This document shows, piece by piece, positions 28,141 through 37,301 of a stretch of DNA of 64,000 nt (its first letter is position 1; the number at the start of each line of letters is the position of its first letter). A program made the translations under genes and the position numbers. Below the pieces are notes generated by a model. It saw only the letters and a program-made list of their open reading frames with translations, had not been told where the DNA came from and ran no database searches. The stretch is from Pseudomonadales bacterium (lineage in GTDB: Bacteria > Patescibacteriota > Microgenomatia > UBA1400 > PJMF01). Where the stretch lies: NCBI GenBank assembly GCA_020632235.1, contig JACKFY010000002.1:11550-75549 (forward strand). The letters are read 5' to 3'.

Positions 28141-28638
28141 ATGAAGAAGAAGTCAAACGCCACCATCTCAAACAAACACACACTGTTCTCTTTTTGCTTG
28201 ATAGTTCTCGTCTATAGTAGTCTGGGTGGTATTGCGTTGCTCACCGACAACGCCTCGCTTGCAACACTCGCACCACTTAGTATCGGTATTGCACTAGGAC
28301 TCGGCATCCTGATAGTCGACCAATTGTTTCTGAGCCAATACTATCTTGAGTCAGGAGAAACCCAGCTCATCACTCGAAGTGTGATATTTTTACTCATACT
28401 CATTCCACTGAGTATTTTTGTACTCACTTCATCTGGGAGCCTGGTGGGTATGGGTATGATGATAGGGTTGCAAGTAGGGCTCACGGCAGAAATGCTGCAA
28501 CTGCGAAAACAACCAGATGCGTTTGCGCGTCGATTTCTACAGCACGTACATCACCAGTACTCCAATCAAGAGATTAAACTGATCATCTTTGCTGCCGTGG
28601 TGGTTGTCATACTTACTCACCTCTTTGTATTCCTCTAA
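28141..28638 (+). CDS. hypothetical membrane protein (4-5 TM)
   Basis: Hydrophobic ORF. Confidence 0.45.
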   Translation: MKKKSNATISNKHTLFSFCLIVLVYSSLGGIALLTDNASLATLAPLSIGIALGLGILIVDQLFLSQYYLESGETQLITRSVIFLLILIPLSIFVLTSSGSLVGMGMMIGLQVGLTAEMLQLRKQPDAFARRFLQHVHHQYSNQEIKLIIFAAVVVVILTHLFVFL

Positions 28639-28646
28639 ACCCTTCC

Positions 28647-30458
28647 CTACCCCACCCTAATCCCACCAAGCTCCACAAGCGTTGTCACGTCGCCCAACGC
28701 CTTGTCTTCACGGATACCCACCAACCGAGGAAACCTAAGCGCCACACCTGCGGTGTGGCTTGGCGAAGTAGTAATTTCATCGGCGGCAAGTTCTACCACC
28801 AGTTCTGGCTCCACCCAGATATCAGGAGTGTGTTGCTTATCTACCTGGTAGTTTTTTGGTTGCTGAGAAACTTCAAGGTTTGCCAAACGGGCTTTAAGCT
28901 CGGCTAACTGCGCCTCTGTCATACCCGTTCCTACTTTGGTAAGTGTTACTACCTGCAAATCGTTGGTTGAAGTATCAATGACACCTGCTAAAAATGCTCC
29001 TATGCCAAACTGAGCTCTGCTGCCCTTACCCAAGTAGTATCCCATTATCACTGCGTCAACAGTGTCAGAAAGTTTGCCACTACTTCCCTCTGACTCCTTT
29101 ATCTTGACCCAAGACCAACCCTTTCGACCACTTTGGTACACCGAATCAAATTGCTTTACCACTGCCCCCTCCAAACCTTTTTCTAGTTCTGCTTCATGAA
29201 ATGAGTGCAGCTGAGTTGCGTCTGTCGTAACAATAAACGGAGTAAGCTCAAGCGATGGACCCGAGGTAACAATTTTTTTAAGTAACTGTTTTCTTTCACT
29301 CAAAGGTATATCAAGTTGGCCCTCTTCCTCGAAGAGTAATACATCGTAAATATAAAAACGAATCGGCACCTCGCTTGATTGCTCTGCAACACCATGTTTT
29401 CTCTTTCTTGTGATTGTTTTTTGAAACGGCAGAAGCTGATCATTGACTGGGTCATACCCAATTGCCTCTCCGTCAAGAATACATGATTCACACTCAAGGA
29501 GTTGAGGGAGCGTATCTATCTCTGGGAACATATACGTCACATCTTCCAAACTTCTAGTAAACACTTGAGTACTTGGTTTTCCTTGGCTGGATTTCTGAAT
29601 ATGAATCTGCACACGCAGACCATCATACTTTGGCTCGGCAATTACCTTACCCATTTTTTCAATAATTTCTGCAGAGGTATTCAACCGCTGGCACAGCGCT
29701 GGCACGACCGGGATACCCACCACTACTTTGTATTGATTTTTCAATGTGCGCTCTACATCGTCAAGAGTATCTTTGTTGGTGACGTTCGAGAGGTAAAACA
29801 ACGCCAAGTTGCCTATGTCTGCCTGCTTTTGGTAGGCGTCCTCTAGCAGACCTCGGTGTGACTTATCACCTACAATAGACCAAGAAAGCGCATCGATCAT
29901 GGTCATCACCGAAAACCCCAGGCGCATCTTGCCCATGACAATTCTGGTCACGTACTTGGCAGAAAGCGCGTCGAGTCGCCCGAGAAGTGATGAGAGTGCC
30001 GCTACCTTTCTCTCCTGCGAGCCCTGGCCACTGTCTTGGGCAATACGTAGTAAATCTTCAAATACTTCCTGAAGGGACATGCTAGAAGGCCGCGCGCTAG
30101 TCAAGCTAGCTGAGGCTTCTCGCACTGCTAGTGCTGTCTGGCCTATATCACCTATCTGTTTGTACAAACGCTCAACTTCTTGAATCTTGTTTTCAGAAGA
30201 AGACTCACCAAACAGATCAACTGCTACATCAGCTTGAGGCATTAGCTGAGCAAGTGAGCGAATCAGCATCTTGGCAGATAACTGAAACTCTAGAGACTGA
30301 TACGCGGGCACCAAACCTCCCTGCAGTAAGTAGCTGGCAGGAATAATCTCTGCTTCATCCAGTTTTTTAAACAAATCAGCTAAAATCCCTGTCATTTCTA
30401 ACCGAGAGGAATGCTGTTCTAGCTGTAATAAAGTTTTGGAAAATGTTGCAAAAAGCAT
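28647..30458 (-). CDS. ATP-dependent DNA ligase
   Basis: Motif I AEPKYDGLRVQIH (active-site Lys), downstream nucleotidyltransferase and OB-domain motifs. Start set at MLFATFSK; an upstream in-frame Met is possible. Confidence 0.85.
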   Translation of the reverse strand: MLFATFSKTLLQLEQHSSRLEMTGILADLFKKLDEAEIIPASYLLQGGLVPAYQSLEFQLSAKMLIRSLAQLMPQADVAVDLFGESSSENKIQEVERLYKQIGDIGQTALAVREASASLTSARPSSMSLQEVFEDLLRIAQDSGQGSQERKVAALSSLLGRLDALSAKYVTRIVMGKMRLGFSVMTMIDALSWSIVGDKSHRGLLEDAYQKQADIGNLALFYLSNVTNKDTLDDVERTLKNQYKVVVGIPVVPALCQRLNTSAEIIEKMGKVIAEPKYDGLRVQIHIQKSSQGKPSTQVFTRSLEDVTYMFPEIDTLPQLLECESCILDGEAIGYDPVNDQLLPFQKTITRKRKHGVAEQSSEVPIRFYIYDVLLFEEEGQLDIPLSERKQLLKKIVTSGPSLELTPFIVTTDATQLHSFHEAELEKGLEGAVVKQFDSVYQSGRKGWSWVKIKESEGSSGKLSDTVDAVIMGYYLGKGSRAQFGIGAFLAGVIDTSTNDLQVVTLTKVGTGMTEAQLAELKARLANLEVSQQPKNYQVDKQHTPDIWVEPELVVELAADEITTSPSHTAGVALRFPRLVGIREDKALGDVTTLVELGGIRVG

Positions 30459-30502
30459 GCAACTATTATAGCTAACAAAGACTAACAAAATAGCGTGAAA
30501 TC

Positions 30503-31066
30503 ATGACTGCTATAATGTACTTTATGCTAGAACCGACCGAATATACTTTTAATCTTTTGCACATACTGTTTGGATCATATCCCCCAGAGATATTTTTAGA
30601 AATTATTCTTCGTGTAACTATTATTCTTATGTATACCTACATAGCATTCAAGGTACTCGGAAAACGAGCAGCAGGTGAAATGAGGAATGCTGATGCAATA
30701 CTAGTGATTGCGCTTGGTTCTGCAGTTGGTGACGCCCTGTTTTATCCTTCAATTCCACTAATAGTATCTCTCACTGTTGTAACCGCAGTAATAGTGATAG
30801 ATGTTTGTTACAACTATCTAACAAAATACAATAGGTTTTTTAAATATAATCTCTCTGAGAGTCCTACACTAATAGTTAAAAATGGAGAGATGATGAAAGA
30901 AAATATCAGAAAGGTAAAATTAAACCATAATGATGTTAGAATGCTGTTGCGCCTTGAGGGTATTGAGTATTTAGAAGAAGTGAATAAAGCATACTTAGAG
31001 CCTTCTGGAAAAATAAGTGTTTTTAAAAATGCAACATTTGACAAAACTACAAGTATTCTTCCTTAA
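30503..31066 (+). CDS. DUF421 (YetF/YdfS-like) membrane protein
   Basis: Two to three N-terminal TM helices plus the C-terminal LVIALGSAVGDALFYPSIP...LRLEGIEYLEEV...LEPSGKISV pattern. Confidence 0.6.
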   Translation: MTAIMYFMLEPTEYTFNLLHILFGSYPPEIFLEIILRVTIILMYTYIAFKVLGKRAAGEMRNADAILVIALGSAVGDALFYPSIPLIVSLTVVTAVIVIDVCYNYLTKYNRFFKYNLSESPTLIVKNGEMMKENIRKVKLNHNDVRMLLRLEGIEYLEEVNKAYLEPSGKISVFKNATFDKTTSILP

Positions 31067-31102
31067 TGGGCTGGCAAAATATAACATAGTTATGCATTGT
31101 AT

Positions 31103-32194
31103 TTACTCCACCAGCCGATACGTCACGCCCTTGGTCACACCTTGTTTTTCTAACACTCCCTTTTCTATCAGGTCTTTAATATCGCGCAAGATAGTATCGA
31201 TAGAAACATTGGGCAACACATGCAGTGCGTCATCAGAGGTAATCTCTTCTTGGTTTTGGAAAAGTTCGAGCAAAATAATCTGCCGCTCGGAAAGCGCCAC
31301 CTGCTTGCCCAGCTGGCGCTTCAGCTTTAGGTCTTTGGAAAGCTTGGTCACCTGACGTTGTACTTTATCAAGCTCGATAGCCAAGCCGTAACAAAAATAC
31401 TCCAGCCAGTAGGTAAGGTCTGCCTCGCTGCTGTGTTGTACTGAGAGTAACGCCCGGTAGTACGCCTCGACATCGCTATCAAAGTACTGCTCGAGCGAGA
31501 AAAACTTTTTAAAGTCATACCCTAGGGTGTAGAGCACGAGCGACGCTACTGCTCGCGCCGTTCGCCCATTTCCCTCAATAAACGGATGAATATACACCAG
31601 TTGATAATGTGTGATAGCTGCCCGAAAGATAGCGTGCACACTTTCAGCACTAGAAGAAAGCGCCCACTCAAAAAAATCATCAATCAAGTAGGGGATCTCG
31701 ACAGAGACAGGTGGGCGAAACACCACCTGGCCACTGGTCGCACTTTTGACAATCACCTGTTTGTCACGAAACTGACCTACATACTCATCTGGCACTAGGT
31801 GCGTCACCGTAATCTCGTGAATATCTTTGAGCATCTTTTCGGTAAATACATCACTATACTTCAGGCTTGTTTGGTCACTCATCCATGACAGCACGTTACG
31901 ATAGTTGATGACTTCTTGAATATCACGCTGGCGCGCTACAATCCCCGTTTTTTTAGCCAGCTCACCACTATCGTTTTCTTCCCTCAGGCGAACTACTTGC
32001 TCTGCCTGCTCTTCTGTCAGATCATTACCCTCTATTTTAGTGCCAAAATGAACTGTTCTAGTCAGCGCCTCATTTCGAAACTTTGCCTCCCAGGCAGGAA
32101 CAAGCGGCGCGTTATCAATCAGTGTCTTTGCTGCCTCTATTTTACTGATGTAGGTAAGGAGGTTGTTTGTTATAGTGAAATGGGGTTGGTACAT
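31103..32194 (-). CDS. Fic/DOC family protein
   Basis: Fic motif HPFIEGNGRTARA. Start placed at MYQPHF to remove the divergent overlap; the ORF is open to 32386. Confidence 0.85.
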   Translation of the reverse strand: MYQPHFTITNNLLTYISKIEAAKTLIDNAPLVPAWEAKFRNEALTRTVHFGTKIEGNDLTEEQAEQVVRLREENDSGELAKKTGIVARQRDIQEVINYRNVLSWMSDQTSLKYSDVFTEKMLKDIHEITVTHLVPDEYVGQFRDKQVIVKSATSGQVVFRPPVSVEIPYLIDDFFEWALSSSAESVHAIFRAAITHYQLVYIHPFIEGNGRTARAVASLVLYTLGYDFKKFFSLEQYFDSDVEAYYRALLSVQHSSEADLTYWLEYFCYGLAIELDKVQRQVTKLSKDLKLKRQLGKQVALSERQIILLELFQNQEEITSDDALHVLPNVSIDTILRDIKDLIEKGVLEKQGVTKGVTYRLVE

Positions 32195-32237
32195 ACTCCC
32201 ACAGTACAGTATTTTCGCAAAAACTGCAAAAGTAACT

Positions 32238-32774
32238 ATGCCAGACATCAAAACGCCCGATACTCTCAGGGATTTACCCTCTGCTATCATTGAAAACATC
32301 ACCACGCTCGCCACTAATGGCTTTGCTTTGGTAGTTGCCCTGGCCTGGAATGAGACGGTCAAGCTCTTTGTCACCCAGTTTATCAACCCCCATCTTGGTC
32401 AAACAGGTGAGTTGATCTCACTCACCCTCTACTCTATTGTCATCACTCTGTTTGCTGTGTTTATCACCATGCAGCTCTCGGCATTTCAAAAAAAGGTAGA
32501 AGAAATTGAAGACAAAATCCTGCCGCACGACATAGAAGACGACGAGCTAGCCGAGGCTGCTAGCCTGGCAATAGGCAGCACCTACAAACACTTCAAAGGT
32601 GCCACCGTCAAGATCTTGGATGTTGCCAGGCACTCAGAAACCAAAGAAGCTATGGTGGCCTACACCCACCTGGATACTGGCGAAACGTGGGTCCGCCCCT
32701 TGACTATGTTTATGGAAAAAGTGGAGGTCAAGGGCAAATGGGTGCCTCGATTTAAAAAGATCACTACAAAATAA
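32238..32774 (+). CDS. DUF1653-domain protein with an N-terminal membrane-associated segment
   Basis: C-terminal YKHFKGATVKILDVARHSETKEAMVAYTHLDTGETWVRPLTMFMEKVEVKGKWVPRF matches the DUF1653 pattern. Confidence 0.55.
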   Translation: MPDIKTPDTLRDLPSAIIENITTLATNGFALVVALAWNETVKLFVTQFINPHLGQTGELISLTLYSIVITLFAVFITMQLSAFQKKVEEIEDKILPHDIEDDELAEAASLAIGSTYKHFKGATVKILDVARHSETKEAMVAYTHLDTGETWVRPLTMFMEKVEVKGKWVPRFKKITTK

Positions 32775-32835
32775 CTATTTTAGCTAAAATAGGTAAATTG
32801 ACAAAATAGATAAAATAGCTATAATAACTAGTGTT

Positions 32836-33084
32836 ATGCATACTATTTCTGCTACACAACTCAAAAATAATACCGCCGACATCCTCAATCGGGTTGCCTA
32901 CGAGCAGGTCGAAATCTTGATAAAGCGCCACGGGAAGACTGTGGCTAAAATTACTCCTACCGAAACAAAAAATTATCAAGAAGTAGTTGATGCAACATAC
33001 GGCATGCTTCCTGACTTCCCAACTGCCGAAGAAATTAGAGCAATGCGTGTCAATAAAGACTGGTCAGATATACAAACTTGGTAA
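32836..33084 (+). CDS. type II antitoxin, Phd/YefM family
   Basis: 82 aa; N-terminus ISATQLKNNTADILNRVAYEQVEILIKRHGKTVAKI. Confidence 0.75.
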   Translation: MHTISATQLKNNTADILNRVAYEQVEILIKRHGKTVAKITPTETKNYQEVVDATYGMLPDFPTAEEIRAMRVNKDWSDIQTW

Positions 33085-33509
33085 TGCAGTACTTACTCGA
33101 TACCAATATCATTATCAAACACTTACGCCGACAGCAAAAGGTTGATCCAAGATGGTTAGAAAAAGAATGCGGTGTATCATTATTTACTTATGCTGAACTA
33201 CTATATGGCTGTTATAGATCCGCTAACCCTCTCCATGAACAAAGAATCCTTGATGAAACTCTCGAGTTGCTCGATATTTCTGTTGTCGATATAGGGCTTA
33301 AAGAAATTGAGTTGTACATACAAATCAAAGTTAATTTAGAAAAAAAAGGTCAAAAACCAGAAGACTTTGATCTCCTCATTGCTGCAACTGCGCTGGGTCA
33401 AGACCTCACGCTCATCACCAACAACGCCAAGCATTTCAAGAGGATTTCAGGCTTGAGAGTGCTTGCCACAGAGCCCGAGGCACTTCCTCTACCAGATCAC
33501 TCGCATTAA
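33078..33509 (+). CDS. vapC: PIN-domain toxin (VapC-like)
   Basis: Starts MVMQYLLDTNIII, has acidic residues at PIN positions, and overlaps the antitoxin stop by 7 nt. Confidence 0.75.
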   Translation: MVMQYLLDTNIIIKHLRRQQKVDPRWLEKECGVSLFTYAELLYGCYRSANPLHEQRILDETLELLDISVVDIGLKEIELYIQIKVNLEKKGQKPEDFDLLIAATALGQDLTLITNNAKHFKRISGLRVLATEPEALPLPDHSH

Positions 33510-34416
33510 AGTACGGGCCCTTCTGGGCGTACAAATTGTCCCCTGCTTTTTTATTGATGTATGAGCCTACCACCGCTGCCGTCTTGGGATGATGCTTGCA
33601 GTACAAGGCTGCGATCAGCCCAGCCAAAACATCACCTGTGCCACCTTTGGTCATGCCAGAGTTGCCACCAGTTATATAGACTGACCCGTCCATTTGAGCG
33701 ACATAGTCGATGACGCCCTTTATCACTACCGTAGCTCCCTGCAGGTCACCCGACATTCCTGTCGCAGCGCTCAAGTTTACAGGAAAAAATGTGTCAGAGG
33801 TCGAAGTAATATCATGACCAAAATCTTTCCACTCCCACGTTTCAGGAAGTTTGGTAAAAAGAGTACGCACCTCCCCCTCATGCGGTGTCACAATGCAGTT
33901 TTTATGTAGTAGCTCTGGGTTCACCATCTGAAGCGCCCCAGCATCAACCACCCACTTTTTGTCTGGGTACTTTTCAAGAAGGTAGTTGACGACAAACTCG
34001 GTGTCTTCATTCCACTTTTCTGTAGTTTTACTCCCTTTCGTAAGGGGATCCCCCGATGTTTCATCGGGGGAGGAATGTTTTGGGGGGTTTCTGGTCATCC
34101 CCGGCCCAATCAAGACGCAATCTGCCTCGTCAATATAGCTCTCGATGTCTTGTCTGGGCACCACAATACCGTTCCAAAATGCACCTTTTGCCTCTTCAAC
34201 CAGTCTATTATTGCTGGGCACTGATGCATAAAACACCATATCGACAAACTTGCTGGCAACATCAAGACTCCACTTGCTGGCCGCATGAAACAGCTCTGAC
34301 CCCCCAATGATCATCAGTTTGCCGTTTTGGCCTTTGTGTGAGTCTGGCCTAGGCAGTTTTATTCTCTTTAAGTAGCTCTGTATCTGTTTGTCCATAGTGT
34401 CCTTGTGGTTTAACAT
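33436..34416 (-). CDS. ADP-dependent NAD(P)H-hydrate dehydratase (YjeF C-terminal / Nnr-like carbohydrate-kinase fold)
   Basis: GKLMIIGGS, DCVLIGPGMTR, VVDAGAL, TPHEGE, GGNSGMTKGGTGDVLAGLIAAL. Confidence 0.75.
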   Translation of the reverse strand: MLNHKDTMDKQIQSYLKRIKLPRPDSHKGQNGKLMIIGGSELFHAASKWSLDVASKFVDMVFYASVPSNNRLVEEAKGAFWNGIVVPRQDIESYIDEADCVLIGPGMTRNPPKHSSPDETSGDPLTKGSKTTEKWNEDTEFVVNYLLEKYPDKKWVVDAGALQMVNPELLHKNCIVTPHEGEVRTLFTKLPETWEWKDFGHDITSTSDTFFPVNLSAATGMSGDLQGATVVIKGVIDYVAQMDGSVYITGGNSGMTKGGTGDVLAGLIAALYCKHHPKTAAVVGSYINKKAGDNLYAQKGPYFNASDLVEEVPRALWQALSSLKSS

Positions 34417-34424
34417 CCTTTCCC

Positions 34425-34515
34425 TTGTAAGGGAAAAACTCTGGCGGAGCCAGAGAAAAGGGTTTTCCCTCTGTCACTCTGCCGTGCCACGGTAGAGTCT
34501 TCTCACTCCCTGAAA
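34425..34515. repeat. composite hairpin-repeat element (family member)
   Basis: CCCTTGTAAGGG + AAAAACT-CTGGCGGAGCCAGAG-AAAAGGGTTTTCCCT + CTGTCACTCTGCCGTGCCACGG; parallels 45.7 kb and 51.5 kb copies. Confidence 0.55.
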
Positions 34516-34528
34516 AACTATATCAAGC

Positions 34529-34807
34529 TTGACAAAGAAGAAGAAGAAGATAATCGACTTTATTATAAGACAACAAAGAAAGATGTGTATGCCGAATGAA
34601 AAAGGTTACTTTACAGAAGAAGACTTTGAAAAAACCAAATTAGACATGCTTGATGCCGGGCAAAACCCATATCCAAACTTAACACTTCAAGAAGCGCGAG
34701 AACTAGTCAAGCTCCTCAGTCTACAAAAAACAATTTTGCTTTCAACTGAACAACAAGAAAGGAGCGCTTTTCTTCAACAAAAAGCTGTCGGCGCGGGGGG
34801 GGGATGA
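34529..34807 (+). CDS. hypothetical protein (92 aa)
   Basis: ORF only. Confidence 0.3.
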   Translation: MTKKKKKIIDFIIRQQRKMCMPNEKGYFTEEDFEKTKLDMLDAGQNPYPNLTLQEARELVKLLSLQKTILLSTEQQERSAFLQQKAVGAGGG

Positions 34808-34911
34808 AGAATACATAGAACACCAACCAGTTGACCCCTCCCAAAATGTAACTGGCGTACGACTGGTAACAAAGAGAAGGTAAATACTAGACCTTAGTCG
34901 CCCTTTTGTAT

Positions 34912-35332
34912 CTAGTCAAAAATAGCAAACCGCTGGACCCCAAGAGCATCATAGCCTCGATTAAAACTAAAGATAAAAGGAATACCCAGCGCGCGCATCA
35001 CCGCTGCGTTTGAGCAGTCAACAAAGCTGGTCCCCCGCTTTTTTAGTGATGAAAAAAGCTCTAGAGACGCTTGAAACAAATTTCTGTCAACAAAAACACT
35101 TTGATACTGCTGGGCTTTTTCTAAAAAATAAACAGGCAGGCTGCTGGCCGCACTTGTGACTGAGCACCGTTGCTGTCTCGGCAATAACTTGGTTTGAGGT
35201 AACAATGGAGATGCGCTCACTCACAATATGGGCAAACATATGGGCAACACGGCTGTGATGTGCATCGTCTTGAAGAAAAAGAGCTACAAAGGCATCGGAG
35301 TCCAAAAAAACATCAAAGTTATGTGTCTGCAT
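34912..35332 (-). pseudogene. PIN-domain toxin (VapC-like) disrupted by a frameshift (ORFs 35087-35332 and 34912-35220)
   Basis: N-terminal half FLDSDAFVAL...TSNQVIAETATVLS and C-terminal half SFVDCSNAAVMRALGIPFIFSFNRGYDAL lie in different frames. Confidence 0.65.
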
Positions 35333-35642
35333 CGGCTAGATCCCCTCTCCATGCACCGTCGTCACCATAGAGCGCTTCATCTATCTCACTTGAGATATCT
35401 TCTAGTCGAGTGTATTGAAATGATGTATCAGATTTGCTCATGGCGCCTATCATACTTTGAACGGCCCCGTAACCTACTGCTTGCTGTTCTTGAAACTTTC
35501 GTCGTGCTTCTTTCTCTGCAACACTCGTCATAAACTCAGAAAAACTTTGGCCAAGCGCTGCTGCCTCACGCTTTAGGTATTGGTGCAAATTAGTGGGCAT
35601 AGTGATGGTAGCTCTGGTAGTCATACCACCTATTATATGCAC
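35319..35642 (-). CDS. ribbon-helix-helix (CopG/RelB-like) antitoxin
   Basis: ITMPTNLHQYLKREAAALGQSFSEFMTSV, a typical RHH N-terminus. Directly upstream of the disrupted PIN gene. Confidence 0.6.
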   Translation of the reverse strand: MHIIGGMTTRATITMPTNLHQYLKREAAALGQSFSEFMTSVAEKEARRKFQEQQAVGYGAVQSMIGAMSKSDTSFQYTRLEDISSEIDEALYGDDGAWRGDLADADT

Positions 35643-35652
35643 GCATACTGCA

Positions 35653-36723
35653 TCACAACCTCACTACATTACTGTTCGGTAGATCAATCTCTAGCTCTCT
35701 CACCGTTGTAATAACAGACTGATAGCTGGGTAAGAGATCAGAAATGATTACCCTACTCTCATCATCAAGCTCTGAAAAAATGTCATCGAGCATCAAGAGT
35801 GGCGTGTAGCCAAGAGTGCTCTCAAGATACTGCAGCTCACACAGTTTGAGCCAGAGCACTCCCAAGCGTTGCTGGCCACGAGAGCCAAAGCGAGCAATGT
35901 CAAACTCTTCCCCCTCAAGCACCTGCAGCTGCTCGCCTCGCCAAGACTGCAGCGTGACCATGAAGTCATCTTTGTGGGGGCCCACCAGTGTTCTACCAGC
36001 AGCAATTTCTTTTGAGCGGTATGCTTCTTGACGCTCTGGCGAGATCACACTCGGCAAATACTGGACGCGAAACTGCACGGGAAACTCTAGCACAATAAAG
36101 GTGGAGAGTAGTTTCCTTCGCTCCTCTTGAAGTAGTACACCGTGCTTGAGGATGCTCATATCCCAATACTGCAGACTGCTAGCCGACTGCTCGCCCTCAC
36201 GCACTGCCAACAAAACTTTATTCCTCCTGGTGAGTGCCTTTTCGTACTGACCGAGGGAACGAGCATACTCGGGGCTCGTCACCGAGAGAATGGCGTCAAG
36301 TAAGCCCCGCCTGCGAGACTTTGAGCCTTCAATCAGTCTCATATCTTCTGGCCTGAAAACAACACTGGCAAACTGGCCCACAAAGTCTTTTTTGCGCCGT
36401 CGCACGCCATTTACCGAGTAGAGGCGCTTGGCTACTCGCTTTCCCTGCACCAGGCCTTTGGTCAGGAGGAGCTCGAGTTCTTTTTGCTCGTCATCATGCT
36501 CTACTACCGCGATAATTCTGCCAAACTCGCTCTCAAACTCTATTACGTCATCTATCACACTGGCGCGGAAACTCTCTCCTGTAGTCAAAAAGTAGAGTGC
36601 CTCCGCAATAGTTGTTTTGCCACTACCATTTTCGCCCACAATCACGGTTGTTTGTTGTGAAAAATCAAGAGACAAAAATGTGTGTTTGCGAATGTTGGTG
36701 AGCGAGATGGTTTTGAGTTGCAT
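35653..36723 (-). CDS. recF: DNA replication and repair protein RecF
   Basis: N-terminus MQLKTISLTNIRKHTFLSLDF...VIVGENGSGKTTIAEALYFL. C-terminal signature and D-loop region. 356 aa. Confidence 0.85.
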   Translation of the reverse strand: MQLKTISLTNIRKHTFLSLDFSQQTTVIVGENGSGKTTIAEALYFLTTGESFRASVIDDVIEFESEFGRIIAVVEHDDEQKELELLLTKGLVQGKRVAKRLYSVNGVRRRKKDFVGQFASVVFRPEDMRLIEGSKSRRRGLLDAILSVTSPEYARSLGQYEKALTRRNKVLLAVREGEQSASSLQYWDMSILKHGVLLQEERRKLLSTFIVLEFPVQFRVQYLPSVISPERQEAYRSKEIAAGRTLVGPHKDDFMVTLQSWRGEQLQVLEGEEFDIARFGSRGQQRLGVLWLKLCELQYLESTLGYTPLLMLDDIFSELDDESRVIISDLLPSYQSVITTVRELEIDLPNSNVVRL

Positions 36724-36728
36724 AGACT

Positions 36729-36998
36729 CTAATATTTATCATGAGTAATAAGATCAAAAAAAATATAGGTGTTGCCATCAACCACACATAGCGCTCGCAG
36801 ATCTCCTGTTATCCTTACTGAAAACTGATTGCTTCTTTTTCCCACCAGCTTATGGGTTTTTAGTGATGGATGGTACGGGTTTTTTGAGAAATACTGCAGT
36901 TGTTTTTCTATAACTTGGCGTAAGGCAGGGTTTTTTTGGCAACGTTTCTTGACTATTTTTTGGAATGAAGTAGTGAGTACCAACTTCATACTAATCAA
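36729..36998 (-). CDS. RelE/ParE-superfamily toxin
   Basis: 89 aa; C-terminus RITGDLRALCVVDGNTYIFFDLITHDKY. Confidence 0.6.
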   Translation of the reverse strand: MISMKLVLTTSFQKIVKKRCQKNPALRQVIEKQLQYFSKNPYHPSLKTHKLVGKRSNQFSVRITGDLRALCVVDGNTYIFFDLITHDKY

Positions 36999-37248
36999 GA
37001 AAGTCTAATGACCCTGAAAAGGGGATTGTGTTACCATTTCTATGTTCTTGTATGGCTGTGATCCCCTGGCCTTCTTGTTTTTTGGAAAGCATAAATGTAG
37101 GCATGCTTTGGTGAAAAATCTGCTCAGTAGCTTTTTGCACAATAAACTTGGCTGTTTTTGCCGTATTATAGCCAAATTGCTCACCATACATGGTGAGGAG
37201 CTGGGCCTCTTTATCGGTCAATGTGAGTTGTATTTTTGTCATACCCAC
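36991..37248 (-). CDS. putative cognate antitoxin (85 aa)
   Basis: Small ORF overlapping the toxin start by 8 nt. Confidence 0.45.
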   Translation of the reverse strand: MGMTKIQLTLTDKEAQLLTMYGEQFGYNTAKTAKFIVQKATEQIFHQSMPTFMLSKKQEGQGITAIQEHRNGNTIPFSGSLDFLD

Positions 37249-37301
37249 GTCAGTATAGCAGATAAGTAGGCTTTTTACAATACTTTTTTGCTACTTTTTG
37301 C

